From NCBI GenBank assembly GCA_036383955.1, contig DASVNH010000224.1, positions 1,008 to 65,007 on the forward strand: a DNA stretch of 64,000 nucleotides, in the 5' to 3' direction. A program made the translations under genes and the position numbers. Below are positions 61,701 through 64,000 of this stretch, piece by piece. Numbering within the stretch: the stretch's first letter is position 1; every line of letters begins with the position of its first letter. The notes under the pieces are model-generated. The model did no database searches. It was not told where the DNA came from and was given only the letters and a program-made list of their open reading frames with translations. The stretch comes from Planctomycetota bacterium. Its GTDB lineage: Bacteria; Planctomycetota; MHYJ01; JACPRB01.

Positions 61701-64000
61701 CGCGGTGCGGCGTGGAGCATTCGGGCAGGAGGACGTCGCGCGCCACGACGCCCGACGCGTCGACGGCGACGATCCGGACCTGGTTGGCGTGGGCGAGGGC
61801 CTTCCGCGGGATCGCCACGGCGCCGTCGGCGTCCGGCTTGAGGTTCGCGATGACGGCCGTCGGGTTCGCCAGGAAGTCGAGGCTCGAGAACGTCGCGCCC
61901 GGCGGAGGCGGAGGCGGGGGCGGCGCGGAGCGGGGCGCGGGCGCGCAGGGAGCGGGCGCTCCCGATCCCGCGTAGGCCTCGCCGGCGGCGGCGGCGGCCA
62001 CGCCGGTCTGGGTGCTCCGGACGGCCCAGGGATTGAGGAGCAGGCCCGGGCGGGTCAGCATGTTCCCCGGCCAGCGCTTCGCCCGCTTGCGCTCCAGGAT
62101 GTAGCGGTACTCGTCGCCGATGTCGCGGCCCGACACGTACGCCGAGGGGGACGCGGCCAGCCCGGTCGCCCAGGGCTCCGGGACGCCCTCGCGCGCGAGC
62201 TCGTGGAACGCGGAATGGACGGGGAGGTAGCGCGTGGCGAAAACGTGGACGCGCGTCGTCGGCGTGGCGTTCTCCACGCGGACCCGCAGCTCGTCCTTGC
62301 CGGCCTTGATCTTCGAAATCTGGAGGGCGGCGTCCCCCGACTCTTCCAGCAGCCGCGTGCCCGCGGCCAGCCAGCCGGCGGCGCGGACGCCGTCGCTGAT
62401 CCTCAGCTGGATCGCCGCGTCCTCGTCCTTGAGGACCAGCTCGTAGTCCCCCGGTCCCAGGGGGCCCAGCGTCAGGAAGCCGTCTTTCACGCCCAGGACG
62501 TCGAACCAGTCCGCCCGATACGTCCCGTTGACGCGCTCCAGCAGCGCGGCGGAGAGGCGGCTCGGGGCGTCGCCCATGAACGGCACCCGGACGGGCTCGC
62601 CCGCGCGGGCGTGGATCGTCGACGGCCGCGAGCAGAGGTCGCGGGGCGGGGTCCAGCTCTGCTCCGCGCCCGACGGCAGCGAAGCCCGGATCTGGACGAC
62701 TCCCTCGAGCGCGCCGAGCTCGACCCGGCCGCGGGCGTCGGTCTGCAGCGTCCAGCTCCGCTCGAAGCTGAACTCGCGGTGGCGCAGCGAGAGGGTCACA
62801 GGGACGGCGGCCCGCGCTTCCCCGGTCTTGCCGAGCGCGTTGATCACGTAGCCCTTCTCGGCGCGGGCGAGGTGGAGGTCCTGGGTCTGCTCGGTCGCTT
62901 CGATGCCGTTCAGCGTGAAGTCGCGCTGGTCGGCCACGTCGACCTTGCGGCCGCTGCCGAGCGCTTCCACGCGGGCGCGGACCTGGAAGGAGAGGTGGAC
63001 GACGTCCTCCGGCACCTGGAACGGCACCACGGTCTCGCGGTCGTCGCGGAGTTCCAAGCCGCGGATCTCCATCGTGGTTTCGACGCCGTGGCGGTCGCGG
63101 GAGAGGACGGAGAGGAGCGGCGTCTCCAGCAGCTTGAGGCTGATGGAGGCGCCGTGGACGCGGAGCGACGGCCGCAGCAGGACCTGGGCTTCGGCGCGCC
63201 GGAGCAGCGCCTCGCGGTCGACGTAGATCCCGGCGGTGAAGTCGTAGGTTTCGGCGCGGTGGTCGAAGGCCTCGAGGGTCGTGAGCGCGCCGTGCCGGAG
63301 CAGGATCGCCTGCCGGCCGGGCCGCTCGCTGAAGGGGATCGCGATCTCCCCTTCCTTGTCGGCGGCGTACTCGCGGCCGCCCATCCAGATCGAGGCGTCG
63401 CGCAGGGGGGTGAAGTCCTCGTCCAGGACCGTGAACACGTGGCCCGCCGCGCCGACGCGCTCGACGAAGCGCAGGCGGCCCTTGCGGATCAGGGCCCGGC
63501 TGCTGATGCCGCCGCCGATGAACTCGACGACGTACACGCCCGGCCGCGCGAGCGACGGGAAGTCGAACGTGCGCCGCACGCGGCGCGCGGGCGCCTCCTT
63601 GTACACGACGGCCCGCTCCTCGGCGGCGACCAGGCCGTCGAGGTCGAGGCTCGTGTCGACCTCCTCCCCGCGGGAGAGGAAGACGTTGAGGGTGTTGATC
63701 TCGAAGACCTTCACGACAAGGTTCTCGACGTTCTTGACGTCGACGTCGATCGACACCTTGTCGGACGCGCGATAGAGCGCGCGGTTGTGCGGCGGGAACG
63801 TGACCTCGACGCGGTCCTTGAGCGCCTGGTAGCGGCCGGGGTCGTTGAGCAGCGAGTACCACTTCTCCATGTCGCCGACGCCGTTCAGGATCTTGGTTTC
63901 GGCGAACACGATCTTCAGCCAGCCGTCCTGGATCCAGGTCTCGTAGGCCTTGTAGTCCTTGGCGTCGACGAAGAAGCGGGAGAGGTAGTCGACGACCAGG
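58798..64000 (-). CDS. very large protein (more than 1730 aa, 5' end outside the window), function unknown
   Basis: Track ORF of 1703 aa from GTG 63909. By my translation the frame stays open upstream to position 64000 (..LVVDYLSRFFVDAKDYKAYETWIQDGWLKI). The N-terminal half looks beta-rich. There is an internal Pro-rich tract (PPPPPPPPG) and an alpha-helical C-terminal half. Confidence 0.7.
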   Translation of the reverse strand, partial: LVVDYLSRFFVDAKDYKAYETWIQDGWLKIVFAETKILNGVGDMEKWYSLLNDPGRYQALKDRVEVTFPPHNRALYRASDKVSIDVDVKNVENLVVKVFEINTLNVFLSRGEEVDTSLDLDGLVAAEERAVVYKEAPARRVRRTFDFPSLARPGVYVVEFIGGGISSRALIRKGRLRFVERVGAAGHVFTVLDEDFTPLRDASIWMGGREYAADKEGEIAIPFSERPGRQAILLRHGALTTLEAFDHRAETYDFTAGIYVDREALLRRAEAQVLLRPSLRVHGASISLKLLETPLLSVLSRDRHGVETTMEIRGLELRDDRETVVPFQVPEDVVHLSFQVRARVEALGSGRKVDVADQRDFTLNGIEATEQTQDLHLARAEKGYVINALGKTGEARAAVPVTLSLRHREFSFERSWTLQTDARGRVELGALEGVVQIRASLPSGAEQSWTPPRDLCSRPSTIHARAGEPVRVPFMGDAPSRLSAALLERVNGTYRADWFDVLGVKDGFLTLGPLGPGDYELVLKDEDAAIQLRISDGVRAAGWLAAGTRLLEESGDAALQISKIKAGKDELRVRVENATPTTRVHVFATRYLPVHSAFHELAREGVPEPWATGLAASPSAYVSGRDIGDEYRYILERKRAKRWPGNMLTRPGLLLNPWAVRSTQTGVAAAAAGEAYAGSGAPAPCAPAPRSAPPPPPPPPGATFSSLDFLANPTAVIANLKPDADGAVAIPRKALAHANQVRIVAVDASGVVARDVLLPECSTPHRDLRLLLGLDPAKHYSEKKDVAVVDAGGTLEIADVTTTKLETYDTLGRAFALFKTLSGLATLDAFEFVTRWPSLSDAEKKAKYSEFACHELHFFLSKKDPAFFKTAIQPYLRNKKDKTFMDRCLLGDDLAGYRRPWEFGRLNVVERILLGRRIDEERDPVKRHAADLCDLLSRDLNAENARFDTALKGKALEIGDALGFGAATAAAAKAGSMGPRSVMSMADCAAPAEMAMDRLSEADEEAERSATRMEKKKDEAPKNRARRSQARDLDRRKTAQALYRALDKTQEWAENNYYKLPIDQQGPELVTINRFWRDYARHDGTTPFLSPHLAEASRSLTEILCALAVLDLPFEAKKPATSYDGARMKFTAKSLTAVFHRQIRPAEPSADKVPVLVSQNFLRDDDRERYEGEESFDKYVTEEFLVHTVYVCQVVLTNPTSSTHKLDLLLQIPLGALPAKNGFYTKGIHVELSSYATETHEYAFYFPVAGVYDHYPVHVSRNEKLVASAVPWPLKVVDRLTKVDTTSWEYVSQHADAKTTLKFLKDNNIDRLDLERAAWRMKDKAFYGPALDLLAARHVYHDVLWSYSVRHEDAARARDYLLHQEEWLKGAGARLEAPTLAVDPVERRWYEHLEYAPLVNARSHRLGASRRILNDRFSGQYQRLVSALRYRAELDADDRLAVTYYLFLQDRVEEGLAMFDRVKREDVETRLQYDYLKVYAEFFREKPKAARGVAEKYKDYPVDRWRKLFQNALAQLDEVEGDGAAVTDAEDRDQRQGLLAATAPSFDLAVENRQVTITFQNLTDARVNYYRMDIELLFSRQPFVQEQSDRFGFIMPNRSDEVTLPKKGGTHAFALPAEFNGANVIVEVVADGRRVSKPCFAHELDVALVENYGQLRVSRRDTKKPLAKAYVKAYARSKDGTVAFFKDGYTDPRGRFDYSSLSTDDLDRVDRFALLVMSDEHGATVREAEVPKR

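Overview
A 64-kb, high-G+C bacterial chromosome segment. Spot counts on single 60-nt lines give about 72% G+C at 26041 and 46081. The gene content looks Planctomycetota-like (inference only): formylglycine-type sulfatases, SASA-type esterases and PDZ/HEAT secreted proteins.

Housekeeping genes that are clearly recognisable: larB, tsaD, an S41 C-terminal processing protease, groES-groEL-hpf, an RRM RNA-binding protein, a XylR/NtrC-type sigma-54 activator, an S9 peptidase, sodC, an AI-2E transporter and a PP2C phosphatase.

The outstanding structure is a 26.6-kb insert (27169-53722).
- It is bracketed by direct repeats made of the promoter plus the 5' half of tRNA-Phe(GAA). Only the right copy continues into an intact tRNA (53783-53858).
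- The insert is a G+C mosaic. The left part is about 52% G+C and carries orphan genes, a decayed PRiA4_ORF3-like gene, two tandem paralogous secreted proteins and a Rhs/YD-repeat polymorphic toxin. An in-frame TGA separates the toxin's signal-anchor from its body.
- The right part has host-like G+C and carries a GT2 + GT-C glycosyltransferase pair, a TPR lipoprotein, a complete 11-gene type II secretion operon and a LuxR-type regulator.
- No integrase or transposase is recognisable.

Outside the insert:
- Three exact TGGCAC-N5-TTGC sigma-54 promoter matches cluster around the activator gene.
- Three related AT-rich 27-29-bp palindromes lie in and around the sulfatase genes.
- Two intergenic regions are built from hexanucleotide-periodic inverted repeats.

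Many long alternative-frame ORFs in the track are high-G+C artefacts and are not called.
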